Source: Labilithrix sp. (GTDB lineage Bacteria > Myxococcota_A > Polyangia > Polyangiales > Polyangiaceae). Taken from it: a stretch of 64,000 bases of DNA. Numbering within the stretch: the stretch's first letter is position 1; each line of letters begins with the position of its first letter. The notes beneath the pieces were generated by a model. It did not search any database and was not told the DNA's origin. It saw only the letters and a list, made by a program, of their open reading frames with translations. The stretch lies in contig JAHBWE010000017.1 in NCBI GenBank assembly GCA_019637155.1, positions 147,627 to 211,626 on the forward strand. Reading direction: 5' to 3'. Shown here one piece after another: positions 1-9,924 of the stretch. The position numbers and the translations under genes are program-made.

Positions 1-266
1 TCGCGGCGGGGATCATCATCTTCATCGTCGGAGGGAACGCCTCGACGAGCGCGTAGCCGCCGAGCTCCGGCGTCTCGAGCGGGAAGTCGCGCTTCACGAC
101 CGGCGCCGGCGCGACGTCGTCACCGCCGTCGGCGCGGGCGGGATCCCCGTCCGGCCCGGACGCGCGAGCGCCGCTGTCGCCGTCACCGTCACCGTCGCCG
201 CACGCGACGATCGCAGCGAAGAAGAAGAGGAGAAGCGTAGCGACGAGACGTGAGCGAAGAGACAAG
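1..266 (-). CDS. Putative lipoprotein, 3' end outside the window (partial)
   Basis: Minus-strand frame with high GC3. A TTG start at 266 gives MSLRSRLVATLLLFFFAAIVAC, which reads as a signal peptide plus lipobox (IVAC), followed by a DGDGDGDS acidic linker. This frame is not in the ORF table because the gene runs off the window edge. Confidence 0.4.
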
Positions 267-423
267 GAGGACTTCTCGATCTCGTGGAACCACGCGGTCC
301 CACGTGTGGCAGCTTTGCGACGCGACCCCACCGAGAATCCCGGTCGAGGCCTGCAATCCGAGCCACCGTGCAACGCTCGAGCCGCCGCCCTCGACGGCAC
401 CCTCTTCGCATTCACTCCCCGTC

Positions 424-942
424 ATGGGAGAGAGCAGCAAGGCACACCTGAAGGAGCTCCTCGAGTCTTTCGACGACGCGATGTTGATCACGCGGCACGG
501 CGAGGAGATGCACGCGCGACCGATGGCGGTCGCCGACGTGGAGGGAGCGAACACGCTCTGGTTCGTGACCTCGACCGGCGCGCCGAAGTCGGACGAGATC
601 CGCCTCGACTCGCGCGTGTCCGTCACGTTCCAGTCGTCGACCCGCTTCGTGGCGCTCAGCGGCCGCGGCGTGCTCGTCCACGACAAAGCGAAGATCGATC
701 AGCTCTGGAAGCCGTCCTGGAAGGCATGGTTCCCGAACGGGAAGGACGACCCGTCCATCGCGCTCATCCAGGTGACCGTGACCGACGCCGAGCTCTGGGA
801 CAACGCCGGCTTGAAGGGGATCCGCTACGCCTTCGAGGTCGCGAAGGCCGCGCTCACCGGGACGACGCCGGACGTCGACGCCGCGCAGCACGCCCGCGTG
901 AAGCCCACCAACGGGGACGCGCCGGTCTCGTCGCGGCACTGA
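424..942 (+). CDS. General stress protein 26 / pyridoxamine 5'-phosphate oxidase-like FMN-binding protein
   Basis: MGESSKAHLKELLESFDDAMLITRHGEEMHARPMAV...NTLWFVTSTGAPKSDEIRLDSRVSVTF is a typical GSP26/PNPOx-like N-terminus. I trimmed the 250..942 ORF to the internal ATG at 424. Confidence 0.7.
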   Translation: MGESSKAHLKELLESFDDAMLITRHGEEMHARPMAVADVEGANTLWFVTSTGAPKSDEIRLDSRVSVTFQSSTRFVALSGRGVLVHDKAKIDQLWKPSWKAWFPNGKDDPSIALIQVTVTDAELWDNAGLKGIRYAFEVAKAALTGTTPDVDAAQHARVKPTNGDAPVSSRH

Positions 943-1066
943 AGGCGGCCGCGACCAGAGCACACGGGGCACCATTGCCCCACACGATCGTTCCACGTAC
1001 CTTCCCCTCTTCGCTCGGGAACCTTCCGCCCACGGAGGGTCCTGAGGAGACGGAGAACTTGGATCG

Positions 1067-4000
1067 ATGCGCCTTCATTCCGCCTGCGTCGTCGCCGCTC
1101 TCGTTCTGTTCTCCGTCTTCGCCCCCGCCTGCAAGCGAGGGCCCGCGCCGTCGCTCGTCGCGAAGGGAGACACCTTCGCCGAGATGCGCGCCGTCAAAGG
1201 CGAGATCAGCGTCACCCCGCCCGGCGAGAGCAAGCGCGCCCCCTACCCGCGCGAGCGCCTGGCCGACGGCGCCGAGCTCTCCCTCGCGAGCGGCGCGCTC
1301 GCGTGGATCCGCCGCGACGCGGGATCGGTGTGGCTCGTCGCCGGGCCGGCCCAGCTCACGCTGAAAGAAGACGTCTTCAAGATGACGTCCGGGCGCGCGT
1401 TCATCGACGGCGAGGACGCGCCGCCGGTGCGCATCGACTCGCCGCGCGGCATGGTCGAGCTCGAGAACGCGCGCGCGAGCTTCGAGGTCCTCCCCGACGG
1501 GAGCGAGGACGTCTACGTGCTGCGCGGCGCCGCGCGCGCGAAGAACACGGAGCGCGGCAGCGCCGGCGAGCGCCTCACGCTCAAGGCCGACGGCTCCATC
1601 ACGCGGAGCCCCGCCGTCGCGTGGGACGACTGGACCGGCGGCCTCGCCACCGCCGACCCCGCTGCGCAGCCCGCGCCGTTCGGGCTCGGCACGGTGGGGG
1701 CGCGCCCGCCCGGCGACAAGGGCAAGCCGCGCTTCTCGCTCGTCATCGAGCGGCTCGACGTGCGCGTCACCGTCGACCACGACTTCGCGACGACCGAGGT
1801 CGATCAGACCTTCGTGAACCCGAGCTCCGACACCGTCGAGGGCATCTTCTCGTTCCGCACCCCGCCCGGCGCGGTGCTGAGCAAGTTCGGCGTCGATCGC
1901 GACGGCGACGTCGTGTGGGGCAAGGTCAAGGAGAGCGCCGCCGCGCAGCAGCAATACGAGAGCAACGTCTACCAGGGGTCGACCGAGGACCCTGCGCTGC
2001 TCGCGTGGAGCGGGCCCGGCACGTACAACGCGCGCCTCTACCCGATCCAGCCCGGCGCCAAGCGCCGCGTCGTCACGCGCTACGCGGAGTGGCTCTCGCG
2101 CCAGGGACCGAAGTCGGATCGCCGCCTCTACGTGTACCCGATGGCGGCCGAGGGCGCGCGCGGCTCGCTCCCGCGGATCGAGGAGCTGCGCGTCACGTTC
2201 GACCTCGCGAAGTCGGGCGCCTCCCGCGTGAAGGCGGGCATGAACGGGCGGACCGAAGGCAAGAGCGTCGTCATCCAGGCCTTCGACTTCGTCCCGCGCG
2301 CCGACCTCGCGGTCGAGCTCTTCGACGGCGGCGAGAGCGATCCCGTCGCGTACCGCGCGCCGCACACGCTCACCGCCGAAGACATCCCGATGAACGCCGA
2401 CTCCAAGTTCGCGGCGAAGGTGTCGAGCGAGGAGCCCGACTACCTCCTCGTCCCGCTCCGCAGCAGCGCCGCCGACGCGGTCGGGCCTTCCGCCAAAGGT
2501 GTCGATCTCGCCATCGTCGTGGATACCTCCGCCGCGACCGAGCCCGGCGCCCTCGCGATCGCGCGCTCGCTCACGTCCGCGCTGCTCGCCCACCTCGGGC
2601 CCGACGATCGCGCCGCGCTCTGGGCCGGCGACGCGACGCTCCGGCCGATCGGCGAAGGCAGCGGCGAGCTCGCCGCGGTCGACGCGAACAAGCGCCGCGA
2701 CTGGCTCGCCGGGCTCGCCGGCGTCGAGCGCGGCGGCGCGACCGACATCGGCGCGCTCCTCACCGAGGCGGCCGGAAAGCTCGACACGAAGCGCCGCGGC
2801 GCCGTGCTCTACATCGGCGACGGCCTGCCCTCCGTCGGCGAGGTCACGCCGAAGGCGATCAAGGACCGGCTCGTCCGCCTCCCGCCGACGACGCGCATCT
2901 TCGCGGCGGGAATCGGCACGCGCGCGAACGTGGCGCTCCTCGACTCGATCGCGCGCGGCGCGCCGGTCGAGACGGTCGGCGACGCCTACGCCGCCGCTCG
3001 CTCCGCGCTCCGCTTGCTCGAGGCCGCGCAGCGCGGCGGCTGGGTCGGGGCGACGGTCGATCTCGGCCCCGGGATCGAGCGCGTGCTCCCGCGCGAGCTG
3101 CCGCCCGTCGCGGCGGACGAGAGCGTGCTCGTCGTCGGCCGCATCGCCGGCCGCGTGCCCGACAAGGTCACGCTGAAGAGCGGCGACGAGAGCGCGTCGA
3201 AGTCGCTCAGCGTCGTCACGATCGAGGACACCGGCGACCTCCGCCGCCGCTGGGGCCAGGGCCGCATGCAGGAGCTCCTCGGCGAAGGCGCCGGCCGCGC
3301 GCAGCTCGTCGACATCGGGCGCCGCTTCGGGCTCGTGTCGCCGTACACGTCGCTCTACGTCCCGACGAAACGTGAGGTCGAGCGCGGCGACTCCGCCGAG
3401 CGCGAGCACGTCGCGCAGTCGCGCGCGGAGGCGATCGAGCGGCGTCGCTTCTGGCGGCCTTGGTCCCGCTCCTGGCGCTACGACGAGGCGCCGGAAGCGG
3501 TGGCCGCCTCCGCCGCCGACAACAAGGAGGGCGGCACCGGCACGCGCGCGAAGGGCGAAGAGGGCTCGATGGGCAACCCCCAGAAGAGCCGCTACGCGTC
3601 GGCGACGCAGCCCGCCGAGGACATGGCGCCCGCCGCGTCGGCCGCGGCGCCCGCCGGGATGATCGGCCTCCTCAACGCAGGCGCCGGCGGCGATCCGAAC
3701 CAAGCCCCGGCCGCGCCGCCGCCCGTCGCGACGGCGGCGCCCGCCACCGTCGACCGCGACGAACGCGCGCGCCCCGCGGCCCCGAAGGCGGCGCGGGCGC
3801 CCGCCGGCGCCGGCGATCCTCTCGGCGCGCGCGGCAACCAGTGGGCCGATCAGATCGGCGACTCCTTCGGCGCGGGGGGGCTCGGCCTCTCCGGCAGCGG
3901 CGAAGGCGGCGCGGGACGCGGCGAAGGGATCGGCCTCGGCAACATCGGCACGATCGGACACGGCGCCGGGACCGGCACGGGCCAGGGCTTCGGCGCGGGG

Positions 4001-5857
4001 CACGGCAAGCTCGGCGGCGCGCACGCGACGAAGGCGCCGGCCATTCGGCAGGGTCAGATGACGATGAAGGGCAGCCTCCCCGCCGAGGTGATCCAGCGCA
4101 TCGTGCGCCAGAACTTCGGACGCTTCCGCCTCTGCTACGAGGCCGGCCTCCAGAAGAACCCGAACCTCTCCGGCACCGTCACGACGAAGTTCACGATCGA
4201 TCGCTCCGGCGCGGTGTCGAACACGGCCGACGCCGGCTCGGACATGCCGGACAAGACCGTGGTCCAGTGCGTCGTGAAGTCGTTCTCGACGCTCTCCTTC
4301 CCCCAGCCCGACGACGGCACCGTCATCGTCTCGTACCCGCTCCAGATGACGGCCGGCGACGACGCCGCGCCGAAGCCGCAGGCCGCGAACACGACGACGA
4401 CCGTGACCGTCACCACCACCACCGGTCCGATCGGCGTCATCGGTCACACCGCGCGCCCGTGCGGCCCCGGCGCGGAGCTGCCGCTCTCGGAGCGCCGCGT
4501 CCTCTGGGGCGAGCGCCTCGCGAACGCGAGCACGTCGGCGGAGGCCGCGCTCGCGGTCTACAAGAAGGCGCTCGACGACTGCGAGGCGCCGACGTGGCGC
4601 GAGCGCACGACGCTGCTCCTCCAGATGGTGGAGCAGCTCAAGACCGTGACCGCGCGCGTCGCGCTCTGGAAGTCGCTCGTCCTCACGCCCGCGGCCGACG
4701 TGGTGTACCGCGCGATCGTCGTGCGCGTGCAGTCCGTCGCCGAGCTCCACGAGCTCCACACCGCGCTCGGCCTCGCGACGGTGGACCCCGACATGCTGAA
4801 CGGCATGCTCGCGAAGGTGAAGACGCCGGCGGAGAAGGTCGGCGTCCTCCGCGCCGCGGCGCAGAAGTGGCCCGACGATCTCGAGCTCGGGCTCCGCGTG
4901 CTCGACGCCTACGAAGACGCGGGCGACGACGCCGGATCGCGCGCCTGGGCGCGCCGCCTCCGCCGCCGCGCCGACGCGACCGCGCACGTGTGGACCAGCG
5001 TCGGCGAGCACTACCTGCGCCTCGCCGCGCGCGAGCAGGGCGCCGACGCCGAGCGCGATCGGATCGAGGGCCGCCGCACGTTCGGCGAGATCGTCGAGTT
5101 CGCGCCCGAGGACCCGGCCGCGCGGCGCCGCCTCGGCGATCTCCTCCGCGCGCACGGCTGGTACGACGAGGCGCTCCGCCAGTACATGACGCTGCAGACG
5201 CTCACGCCGGACGATCCCGCGGTGCCGCTCCTCATCGCCTCGGCGGCGCAAGGCCTCGGCCGCGTCGAGGAGGCCGTCGGCTGGGCGGAGAAGGCCGCCC
5301 AGACCGGCTCGCCCGACGGCACGAGCCCGCTCTCCCGCGCCGCGCGCGCGACCGCGCTCGCGTTCATCGCTTGGGCGCGCGAGGACGCGCTGAAGAACGG
5401 GAAGAAGGAGGACGCGGAGAAGCTCCTCGCGCGCGGCAAGCGCCTCCTCGCCGCCGGCGGCAAGGCCGGCAACGACGGCGACACCGTGCGCGTCCTCGTC
5501 TCGTGGTCGCACCCCGAGCTGCACCCGACGTTGTGGACGAACGCGCTCGGCGCGCCGATGCCCTCGCCCGACAACTTCCTGCCGTTCGGGATCTCGGAGG
5601 CGAAGCTCTCCGGCTCGCCGGCGAAGGTCGAGGTGCGGCTCGAGCCCGAAGACGCGGCCCGCGCGGCGCGCCTCGGCGCGAAGGCGATCGTCACCGTCAT
5701 CAAGGGCGCCGGCACGCCGGGCGAGACGATCGTGAAGCAGGAGCTCTCGTTCGGCACCGTCGCCGCGCCGTCGACGACGCTCGCGCTCAGCTACGACGGA
5801 TCGCTCACCGTCACGGCGCAGGTCGCGAAGCCCGAGAAGCCGGAGGCGAAGAAGTGA
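1067..5857 (+). CDS. Giant multidomain lipoprotein: FecR-like, VIT, vWA, AgmX/PglI C-terminal (TonB-C-like) domain, then TPR repeats
   Basis: The 1596-aa ORF has high GC3 and an RBS (GGAGAA) 8 nt upstream. The signal peptide carries a lipobox (FAPAC). VIT-like block: RFSLVIERLDVRVTVDHDFATTEVDQTFVNP. vWA: VDLAIVVDTSAATE...LYIGDG. TonB-C-like/AgmX-PglI motif: LPAEVIQRIVRQNFGRFRLCYEAGL...VVQCVVKSF. A TPR-like helical tail follows. Confidence 0.85.
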   Translation: MRLHSACVVAALVLFSVFAPACKRGPAPSLVAKGDTFAEMRAVKGEISVTPPGESKRAPYPRERLADGAELSLASGALAWIRRDAGSVWLVAGPAQLTLKEDVFKMTSGRAFIDGEDAPPVRIDSPRGMVELENARASFEVLPDGSEDVYVLRGAARAKNTERGSAGERLTLKADGSITRSPAVAWDDWTGGLATADPAAQPAPFGLGTVGARPPGDKGKPRFSLVIERLDVRVTVDHDFATTEVDQTFVNPSSDTVEGIFSFRTPPGAVLSKFGVDRDGDVVWGKVKESAAAQQQYESNVYQGSTEDPALLAWSGPGTYNARLYPIQPGAKRRVVTRYAEWLSRQGPKSDRRLYVYPMAAEGARGSLPRIEELRVTFDLAKSGASRVKAGMNGRTEGKSVVIQAFDFVPRADLAVELFDGGESDPVAYRAPHTLTAEDIPMNADSKFAAKVSSEEPDYLLVPLRSSAADAVGPSAKGVDLAIVVDTSAATEPGALAIARSLTSALLAHLGPDDRAALWAGDATLRPIGEGSGELAAVDANKRRDWLAGLAGVERGGATDIGALLTEAAGKLDTKRRGAVLYIGDGLPSVGEVTPKAIKDRLVRLPPTTRIFAAGIGTRANVALLDSIARGAPVETVGDAYAAARSALRLLEAAQRGGWVGATVDLGPGIERVLPRELPPVAADESVLVVGRIAGRVPDKVTLKSGDESASKSLSVVTIEDTGDLRRRWGQGRMQELLGEGAGRAQLVDIGRRFGLVSPYTSLYVPTKREVERGDSAEREHVAQSRAEAIERRRFWRPWSRSWRYDEAPEAVAASAADNKEGGTGTRAKGEEGSMGNPQKSRYASATQPAEDMAPAASAAAPAGMIGLLNAGAGGDPNQAPAAPPPVATAAPATVDRDERARPAAPKAARAPAGAGDPLGARGNQWADQIGDSFGAGGLGLSGSGEGGAGRGEGIGLGNIGTIGHGAGTGTGQGFGAGHGKLGGAHATKAPAIRQGQMTMKGSLPAEVIQRIVRQNFGRFRLCYEAGLQKNPNLSGTVTTKFTIDRSGAVSNTADAGSDMPDKTVVQCVVKSFSTLSFPQPDDGTVIVSYPLQMTAGDDAAPKPQAANTTTTVTVTTTTGPIGVIGHTARPCGPGAELPLSERRVLWGERLANASTSAEAALAVYKKALDDCEAPTWRERTTLLLQMVEQLKTVTARVALWKSLVLTPAADVVYRAIVVRVQSVAELHELHTALGLATVDPDMLNGMLAKVKTPAEKVGVLRAAAQKWPDDLELGLRVLDAYEDAGDDAGSRAWARRLRRRADATAHVWTSVGEHYLRLAAREQGADAERDRIEGRRTFGEIVEFAPEDPAARRRLGDLLRAHGWYDEALRQYMTLQTLTPDDPAVPLLIASAAQGLGRVEEAVGWAEKAAQTGSPDGTSPLSRAARATALAFIAWAREDALKNGKKEDAEKLLARGKRLLAAGGKAGNDGDTVRVLVSWSHPELHPTLWTNALGAPMPSPDNFLPFGISEAKLSGSPAKVEVRLEPEDAARAARLGAKAIVTVIKGAGTPGETIVKQELSFGTVAAPSTTLALSYDGSLTVTAQVAKPEKPEAKK

Positions 5858-8800
5858 AGCTCCGCGACCTGAAAGCAAAGCTCCGCGCGCTCCCGCAGAC
5901 GCTGCGGAGCATGACGCGCGAAGACCTGAAGCGGCACGCGCTCTCCCTCGTCCGCCCCCGCACCGCGGTCCTGCTCCTCGCGCTCCTCGCGATCACCGCC
6001 GGCGCGATCGGGCTCCGCTCGCGCGGCGGCGCCACCGCCACGATCGGCGGGCTCGAGACCACGGTCGGCGATCTCCGCTCGCTCCACGCCGACGTGAGCG
6101 TGCAAGGCAAGGCCGCCCTCGGCGACACGCGCCTCCGCGACGGCGACGACGTGAAGACCGGACCCGAGGGCCGCGCGCGGATGCGGCTCGACGACGGCAC
6201 CGTCGTCATCGTCGCGGGCGACACCGAGCTCACGCTGAAGGGCCAGAAGCTCCTCCTCGCGAAGGGTCGCCTCTTCGTCCAGGCCGGCACCTCCTCGCGG
6301 ACCGAGGTCGCGATCAAGGACGCGAGCGCGACCGTGGTGTCGAGCGCGGCGGCGTTCGACGCCGGCGACGGCAAGGGCAAGGCGAGCGTGTATTGTGCAC
6401 GTGGCGAGGTCATCGTCGCGACCGGCGGGAAGTCCACCCACGCCGCGAGCGGCGAGACCGCGACGATCGAAGGCGCGAACGTGAAGGTCGCGCCCGAGAC
6501 CGCGTTCGACGACTGGACGGGTGGGCTCGCGGTGCCGTGGTCGGGCGAGAAGGCGCCCGCGAGCGCGATCGCCGAGCTCTGGGCCGGGAGCGGCGAGACC
6601 GATCCGGGCGCGCCGCTCGTCGTGCGCTCGCAGAAGGTCAACGTCACGGTCGAGGGAGAGCTCGCGGTGACGCGGATGCGGACGAGCTACTTCAACGGCT
6701 CCGACCGCGAGCTCCGCGCCGACGTGCGGCTCGCGCTCCCCGAGGGCGCGGTCGTCTCCCGCGTCGCGCGCTGCGACGAAGGGCGCATCGAGTTCCTGGC
6801 GTCGATGGAGATCGCGAAGGACGCGGGCACGATCGCGAACGGCTCGAGCCGCCTCGAGTGGGCGGGCGGCGGCTGGCTCCGCGGCGCCCTCATGGGGATC
6901 GAGGCGGGGAAGTCCGTCGACCTCCTGATCGACTACGTCGAGTGGCTGCCGCAGAAGAACGGGCGCGCGACGTACCGCTTCCCGATGGCGAGCGAGATCG
7001 AGGCGCCGATGGTCGGCGGGCTCGAGGTCAAGGTGTCGTCGCTCGCGCCCGCGAAGTGGCTCTCCGCGAGCACCGGCGCGGCGATCGTGAACGGCGCGAT
7101 CGAGCTCCGGCGCGCCGACATCCGTCCCACCGGCGACCTCGTCGTCGAGCTCTTGCCCGCCGTCGTGAAGGCGGACGCCGCGCGCGCGTACGTCGAGCGT
7201 CCGAACGACGGCAAGGAAGACCCGTACGTCGTCGTCCGCACCGAGGTGCCCGACGTCGGCGAGAGCGGCGTCGCGCTCGCGCTCGTGGTCGACACGTCGA
7301 GCAGCGTCGGCCCCGCCCTCCTCGAGACGGAGCGCGCCGCGGTCGACGCGATCCTCGAGTCGATGGGGCCGAAGGACTCCGTCGTCGTCGTCGCGGCCGA
7401 TCAGAACGCGGTCATGGTCGGGCCCGACAAGCTCTCGCCGGTGACGACCGAGCTCCGCGCGCAGATCCGCAAGGACATGACGCAGCTCCGCTCCGGCGGC
7501 GCGTCGAACCTCGGCGTCGCGCTCGAGCGCGCGGCCGATCTCCTCGACGCCGCGGACGCGAAGACTGCGCCAGCGTCCCCTGGGAAGAACCCGGGCATGG
7601 TCGTGTACCTCGGCGACGGCCGGCCGACCGTCGGCGAGAGCACGGGGCGCGACCTCCGCCGCCGCCTCGGCCTCCGCGCGAACGGCGCGCCGCGGCTCGG
7701 CGCGCTCGCGATCGGTCAGGGCGCCGATCGCTGGTTGCTCGCGGAGCTCGTGTCGGGCGCGGGCCCCGTCTTCGACGTGCTCGATCGCCCCGACGCCGCG
7801 CGCGCGGCCTCGGCCCTCGTCGCGGAGGCGCTCGCGCCGACGATCCGCGACGTGTCGCTCGTGCTCGGCGCTACGATCGATCGCGTGTACCCGCGCGACG
7901 CGCGCGCGGTGCCGGCCGGCACCACCCTCACCGTCGCCGGCCGCCTCCGCGGCGCGCTCCCCGACAAGATCTCGATCCGCTACCGCCAGGGCACCGAGGT
8001 CGTCGAGAAGATCATCCCGCTCGAGGAGGTGAAGCTCCCGCAGGACGCGGACGTCGCGAAGCGATGGACCGCGCTCCGGATCGAGGAGACGATCTCGCGC
8101 GACGACGGCATCGAGCCCGCGATCGCGCTCGCGGCGAAGTCTCGGCTCCTCACGCCGTGGACGGTCTGGTCCTGGTACGGCGCGAGCGCGTCGACGCCGT
8201 TCGCCGACCGCATCCTCGGCCTCTCGCCGAGGACCGACGCGGCGTACGCCGGCCGCGTGCAGCCCGCGCCGCAGCCGCCGTCGCTGCTCCTCGAGCCTCC
8301 GGCGGTGTTCGACGGCGAGGCGACGATCGAGCAGGCGGCCGAGATCGCGGCGCGCCACAACCTCGAGAACAACATGTCGGCGATGGTCGCGTGCCGCGAC
8401 GCGCGCGCCTCGATCAAGCCGAGCGTGACCGGCGACCTCAAGATCGACGTGAGCGTGAACGCCGACGGCAAGGCGACGAAGGTGACGGTGACGTCGTCGC
8501 GTCCGGGCGAGGACGATCCGATCCTCGATCGCTGCATCAAGGTCGTCGTCGGCTCGATGCCGTTCTTCGACGCCGGCGTCGCGTTCAACTTCAGCCACGT
8601 CATCTCGCTCCCGCCCGCGCCGTCGTCGCGGCGCACCGAGTGCAGCGTCGCGTCGACGTTGCCGCTCGCCGTCCGCCGCGGCATCTGGCGCGCGCGCAAG
8701 GCGCGCGGACAGCTCGACTACGGCACCGCCGCGCACAGCTGCGAGCTCCCGACCTGGAGCGATCGCCGCACGCTGCTCGGGATCATGGCCCTTGGGATGA

Positions 8801-9924
8801 ACGCGCAGACGGGGACCGCGCTCGCGAAGAGCCTCTCGGCGCAGGGCGAGACCGACGCGGCCGCGTTCGTGAAGCAGGAGCTCCTCCTTCACACGTCGCT
8901 CACCGCGCTCGGCTACGAGGAGCTGCGCCGCCTCCTCATCGACGACGAGCCGAAGGTCGATCGCGCGCTCGACAAGGCGTTCCGCGCGGCGAAGAACGAC
9001 GAGGCGCGCGAGAAGGTGCTGCGCCGCTTCCTCCGCCTCGCGCCGCACTCGCCGCTCGGCCGCCGCCTCCTCCTCGGGATGCTCGAGAACAAGAACGATC
9101 GCGGCGGCCTCCTCGACGCGATCGAGCAGATCCGGAGCGACGTCTTCGCCGACGCCGGCCTCCTCGCCGAGTGCGCGTCCGCGCTCCGCCGCATCGGCGA
9201 GGACGCCGAGGGCCGCCGCGCGTTCGGCGACCTCATCGAGCGCGCGCCGCGCGATCCCTGGACGCTGGGCTACGTCGGCGATCGCCTCCGCGCGGAGGGC
9301 CTCTACGAAGACGCGGCCCTCGCGTACCTCCGCCTCGACGCGGCGATGCCGGACGATCCCGCGGTGACGCTGCGCCTCGCGCTCGCGCACGCGGGCGCGG
9401 GCCGCCTCGACGTCGCGACGCGCCTCCTCGATCGCGTCGCGCAGACGGGCGGCCGCGGCGACGACGGGCGTCTCGGCGAGCTCGCCTCGGTCGTCGCGGC
9501 CTCGCTCCTCGCGAACGCGCGCGAGGACAAACCGTCGCCCGAGACCGACGCGCTCCTCGTGCGCCGCCTCGCGCAGACGCCGCTGCCCGACGTCGCGAGC
9601 ATCATCCTCGTGCGGACCCCGCTCACCGACGACAAGGTCGAGGTGTCGATCGCGCGCAACGTGAAGGACAAGGACGAGCTGCCGGCGGACCTCGACGCCT
9701 CGGCGATGGGGCTCTCCGCGCTCCGCATCGAGCGCGGCGGCGGCACCGCGCGCATCCGCATCAAGCGCACCGGCGCGGTGAGCGCGCGCACGACGAAGGG
9801 CCTCGTCACCGCGCTCGTGCTCGGGAGCGATCGCGCGAAGGCGAAGCTCGTGACACGCGAGGTCGACATCGGCGGGACCGACAAGGGGACGGAGCTCCGC
9901 TGGACCGGGGAGGCGTTCGAATGA
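5854..9924 (+). CDS. Paralogous giant membrane-anchored protein: TM anchor, FecR-like, VIT, vWA (MIDAS DTSSS), TonB-C-like domain, then TPR
   Basis: The in-frame GTG at 5854 overlaps the upstream TGA (GTGA), with GGAGG 7 nt upstream. N-terminal TM helix: AVLLLALLAITAGAIGL. vWA: LALVVDTSSSVGP...VVYLGDGRPTVGE. TonB-C-like: GDLKIDVSVNADGKATKVTVTS...LDRCIKVVVGSMPF. TPR-like C-terminus. The domain order matches gene 1067..5857. The track ORF 3460..9924 is an upstream read-through of the same frame. Confidence 0.8.
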   Translation: MKLRDLKAKLRALPQTLRSMTREDLKRHALSLVRPRTAVLLLALLAITAGAIGLRSRGGATATIGGLETTVGDLRSLHADVSVQGKAALGDTRLRDGDDVKTGPEGRARMRLDDGTVVIVAGDTELTLKGQKLLLAKGRLFVQAGTSSRTEVAIKDASATVVSSAAAFDAGDGKGKASVYCARGEVIVATGGKSTHAASGETATIEGANVKVAPETAFDDWTGGLAVPWSGEKAPASAIAELWAGSGETDPGAPLVVRSQKVNVTVEGELAVTRMRTSYFNGSDRELRADVRLALPEGAVVSRVARCDEGRIEFLASMEIAKDAGTIANGSSRLEWAGGGWLRGALMGIEAGKSVDLLIDYVEWLPQKNGRATYRFPMASEIEAPMVGGLEVKVSSLAPAKWLSASTGAAIVNGAIELRRADIRPTGDLVVELLPAVVKADAARAYVERPNDGKEDPYVVVRTEVPDVGESGVALALVVDTSSSVGPALLETERAAVDAILESMGPKDSVVVVAADQNAVMVGPDKLSPVTTELRAQIRKDMTQLRSGGASNLGVALERAADLLDAADAKTAPASPGKNPGMVVYLGDGRPTVGESTGRDLRRRLGLRANGAPRLGALAIGQGADRWLLAELVSGAGPVFDVLDRPDAARAASALVAEALAPTIRDVSLVLGATIDRVYPRDARAVPAGTTLTVAGRLRGALPDKISIRYRQGTEVVEKIIPLEEVKLPQDADVAKRWTALRIEETISRDDGIEPAIALAAKSRLLTPWTVWSWYGASASTPFADRILGLSPRTDAAYAGRVQPAPQPPSLLLEPPAVFDGEATIEQAAEIAARHNLENNMSAMVACRDARASIKPSVTGDLKIDVSVNADGKATKVTVTSSRPGEDDPILDRCIKVVVGSMPFFDAGVAFNFSHVISLPPAPSSRRTECSVASTLPLAVRRGIWRARKARGQLDYGTAAHSCELPTWSDRRTLLGIMALGMNAQTGTALAKSLSAQGETDAAAFVKQELLLHTSLTALGYEELRRLLIDDEPKVDRALDKAFRAAKNDEAREKVLRRFLRLAPHSPLGRRLLLGMLENKNDRGGLLDAIEQIRSDVFADAGLLAECASALRRIGEDAEGRRAFGDLIERAPRDPWTLGYVGDRLRAEGLYEDAALAYLRLDAAMPDDPAVTLRLALAHAGAGRLDVATRLLDRVAQTGGRGDDGRLGELASVVAASLLANAREDKPSPETDALLVRRLAQTPLPDVASIILVRTPLTDDKVEVSIARNVKDKDELPADLDASAMGLSALRIERGGGTARIRIKRTGAVSARTTKGLVTALVLGSDRAKAKLVTREVDIGGTDKGTELRWTGEAFE

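Noticed and set aside
942-1066. GGCACCATTGCC upstream of giant gene 1 as a possible sigma54 promoter
   Set aside because: The spacing between the GG and GC elements is wrong for a -24/-12 promoter.
3460-5853. The 5' two-fifths of track ORF 3460..9924
   Set aside because: It overlaps gene 1067..5857 in another frame with Arg-rich sequence. The true start of the second giant gene is the RBS-supported GTG at 5854.
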